Assembly (NCBI GenBank): GCA_004764695.1
Contig: SMSO01000025.1
Location: 806,001 to 870,000 of the forward strand
Reading direction: 5' to 3'
Length of the DNA: 64,000 bases
DNA from: Schizochytrium sp. TIO01
Taxonomy: Eukaryota; Protista; Bigyra: Labyrinthulomycetes
Below, piece after piece: positions 61,132 to 64,000 of this stretch. The notes under the pieces were generated by a model. The model worked only from the letters and a program-made list of their open reading frames with translations, did not search any database and was not told where the DNA came from. Numbering within the stretch: position 1 is the stretch's first letter; every line of letters starts with the position of its first letter. The translations under genes were made by a program, and so were the position numbers.

Positions 61132-61766
61132 CTTTCCACTCAGTCCTTAAATTTCTACGAACGCTTCCGAACGTTGCCAGGGCCCTCGACGATATTATCG
61201 TTCCGAGAGAGCTATGGCCACGCCTACTCAGTTTTGCTTGCGAGATGCGTAGTGATAGCTTCTCCAACTTTGTTGTTGAAACAAAGAAACAAAGACAGAG
61301 TATCGATGCTTACCCAGGAGTACTAATAAAATAATGGGCAAGACTGAGCAATAACTATCTATTTACACGAGCACAAGAGAAGCCTGACGAAGCCAAATTC
61401 CACTCTCAAGAAAAGAACTTATACAGCTATACCCTATAGTGCCGAAATACAACTTCACTGTAGAATAATTAAACTCTATAGAACAAATGGGTATACAATA
61501 GAACTAATCCGGCGAACCTTCCTTCTCTCCCTTTCGCCGTTTAGATTTTGTGAGTACATAAGCATAGGAGTATGCTATGCTTAGCTATATTTTAGCAATA
61601 GTCCTATATAAGTGTTGGATGGAATTTCGATTACTTACACGGAAATCCGGAAGATTCTGAGATTACAGGGGTAATGAGATTCCGCAAAACTTGCATTTCC
61701 TATGGTGACGTGGGGAAAGGCCCAATCATGGGTTTCACAGCTAGCCCTTCACTCAAAGACATAAAT

Positions 61767-62110
61767 TTAAATTATGTCCTTAGACAGGTAGCGCAAAAGG
61801 GTGCCTCTAGCGGCGTGGATATCACGATCTGCAATGTGTTTGCACTTGGGGCATTTGAAAACCTTGCATTTTCCAAGCTTGTTGTAAATGTCAAGTACCA
61901 CATTGATTGCATCTTTTAACTGTACAATGCTCTCGGCAAAGGACCAACTTACACTACTGGCAGGGGGGGAGCTCAGCTTTGTAAATGAGCGCTAACCACA
62001 AGCCAAAGAACGACACGTCATTCGAGCTGTCCTGATTTTGATTCATCTTTGTTAACTTTTTGAGGTTTGAAATTTAGCAAAAGGATAACACAGTAGTTTT
62101 CACAGTACAA
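61767..62110 (-). pseudogene. tnpB: TnpB/Fanzor2 RNA-guided nuclease 3' fragment
   Basis: CxxC...CxxC zinc ribbon (CNQC, CPKC), RuvC-III DRD and stop at 61769-61767; several frameshifts. Confidence 0.85.
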
Positions 62111-62139
62111 GCCTGCAGTGAATCCCGGTAGTCCAACAT

Positions 62140-62495
62140 AGGGCGCGCAAGCCCGGCCTTTTGAAGTTGACCCCTCCAACGATGTCTTTGTAGATGGTGG
62201 AAGCGTCTGGATGGGCACACCAATCTAGCGTTTGAAATTCTCTTTCTGCTTGGCGGAGGATACTCTGGCATATATAATGGTACGGTCAGTGCAGCATTGC
62301 TCGCGGCCGCCGGGGCAAACCATAGCCACAGATGCACTCAACGTTGTTACTTGGGTACATACGATCGCCTCCGGGAAGCGCCTGCACGGCATTTGCTAAG
62401 GTGCCAGACTTCCGGCTGAAGTGCTTTGCTGGCTTGTATTGAAGGTTTCCTTCACTTGTAGTGTTTAGAGCTTGGTAGTTCCTTAAGCGTGCCAT
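62140..62495 (-). pseudogene. tnpA: IS607-type TnpA (HTH plus serine recombinase) 5' fragment
   Basis: YARVSS catalytic motif at 62272-62255; KDIVGGVNFKRPGL at 62189-62148; contains stops and frameshifts. Confidence 0.8.
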
Positions 62496-64000
62496 TTTCT
62501 TACCTGGCCTCAACTATCTTTACAAAGACCTAAATAATTATAACATATCATTTAGATAGAATCGTCACTACCATTTGGAGGTTATGTAGGTTGTAACGTT
62601 TTCATAAGTACAGTACTAGCTGTCGTTGCTGGACAGAAGTTATGAGTAATGCTCTAAACGTCGGCTTCGAAGCTCTCACGCTTATGCCCGAAAAGGCTAC
62701 TAGTATTTCCGCAAGCCATAGCTTTTTCTTGCATGCAGTCTACTGAAAAGGCATCATGACGTATAGCTTGAAACAAGTGAAACCTATATGTCGCTCTCTA
62801 TGTGCTAATTATTAGGGTTTTCACGATTGTAGTGTCTCACTAGAAACGCATTTCCGAGTTGACAGAAAGTTGAAATTTTAAATTCTAGCTCAATGTATCT
62901 CGAGTCTGGTCTAGTCATCGACTAAAGCCAGCTTTCAATCTTATGAACTAGTTTAGTTTTCGAATCTGTAAGACACCATGGATGCTAACGGCTTGGTGCA
63001 AATTTATATATTCTAGCCTCGAGTCATGGGTCAAGAGTTAAGGTTTGATTACTGCCGCCTTTTATAAGCTCCCCTCTAAATAATTGCGTTTACTAAATGT
63101 TCGCGCAGAAGATCTCAATTTTTCCACGCGAAGATTTTGAAGGCCTTTTGTTTAACGATCTTTGTGAAGCGAGAGAGCATCGTTTGTACGATGTGGCAGG
63201 GTCCTTTGAGGCTAACAAAAAAGTATTCTTACCATTTACATTGAAGTTAAGAGGGATTACTTGTGAAACAATAGCGATTTATTGACTCTTTCGATCCTCA
63301 GCTCAAGTAATATTCATAAAGAATTGAACGCATGCTCGAATTATTGAGCAATTCTACTTTGCTTCATTTTATGTATTTACCAAACCCAGTATTGCAAATT
63401 TGACGGCTAGCATTATGAGAAAGACTGCTAAAATGATACTCGAATATTGACGTTCGCTCGTTCAACAACTTCAAAAGAGCAACAGACTTTAATTCAAGTT
63501 ACTTCAAATTCATTGTGCCAGTAGAATATTATTCGTTCATACACAAATTTTCCGTGGCGGCCGGGCCCGGCGTCTTTCATTTTCATAGAATAGGGAGAAG
63601 CAAGCCAATACGAAACGTTCTGATTAAGTAATTGGTTGGGCATCTACCGTTTTCGTCCTTAATAATTGTTCGTGAACATTATAGGGTTCCAGCGAATACT
63701 CGCCAAGAAACCAGAAAATTTCAATTCTGAGTACGCGACGGCAATTGTGTCCCTGGGTTTTACTCTTTCATTTTAGGACTGCAGAAGAGCAGCAATCCCT
63801 AACAGCATCACTTTGCTCTGGTGGTGATATCTCAAGTCAAAGAAAAGTACTCGTGTTTCTCAAATTCGAGTGCTCATTTTGCGATGTTCACGGCTGGAAA
63901 ACTTTAAAAACACGTTTATGTCATCGGTAGAACGTTCCATCACCTTTCCACTGTTTGTTCGGAATCAAATTTACATATCCTCCGAATGTCTGTCTTGTAC

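Larger units (their letters stand above)
61767..62495 (-). mobile_element. Decayed, internally deleted IS607-family element (TnpA serine recombinase 5' part plus TnpB/Fanzor2 3' part)
   Basis: Frameshifted fragments in the correct order: LPGGDRMY, RTIIYARVSSAKQKENFKR and YKDIVGGVNFKRPGLRAL (TnpA), then YCENYCVILLLNF, LIYKAEL, CKLVLCREHCTVKRCNQCG and KVFKCPKCKHIADRDIHAARGTLLRYL (TnpB/Fanzor2). The element ends are not defined. Confidence 0.85.

Noticed and set aside
63097-63550. 62-aa ORF and neighbouring frames as a possible pseudogene or continuation of the IS607 element
   Set aside because: Opposite strand to the element and no family motif that I can support.

Overview
Eukaryotic genomic DNA with GT-AG introns, mostly single-exon genes and microsatellite-dense intergenic tracts. 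The gene content and style suggest a stramenopile, probably a thraustochytrid such as Aurantiochytrium (inference). The first ~13.5 kb has no credible protein-coding gene and is a mosaic of microsatellites with GC-rich and AT-rich blocks. From ~15.5 kb onward there are about 17 genes: a GET3/ArsA ATPase, a fatty-acid-hydroxylase/sterol-desaturase family protein, an ARM-like protein, a nodulin-like MFS transporter, a tandem (pseudo + active) sulfatase, a TMEM151-like protein, a kinase with a very large activation-loop insert, an M12B protease, PFD3, an MSH2-like protein, an FKBP and RPN12. Three spliced genes are missed or fragmented by the ORF track: a small FN3-CaaX protein, a COX5c/COX6C-like mitochondrial subunit and a multi-exon hypothetical gene. 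The most notable hidden feature is at ~61.5-62.5 kb on the minus strand. It is a decayed, internally deleted IS607-family element joining the 5' part of a TnpA serine recombinase to the 3' part of a TnpB/Fanzor2 RNA-guided nuclease, followed by a hairpin-rich tract where an omegaRNA would be expected.
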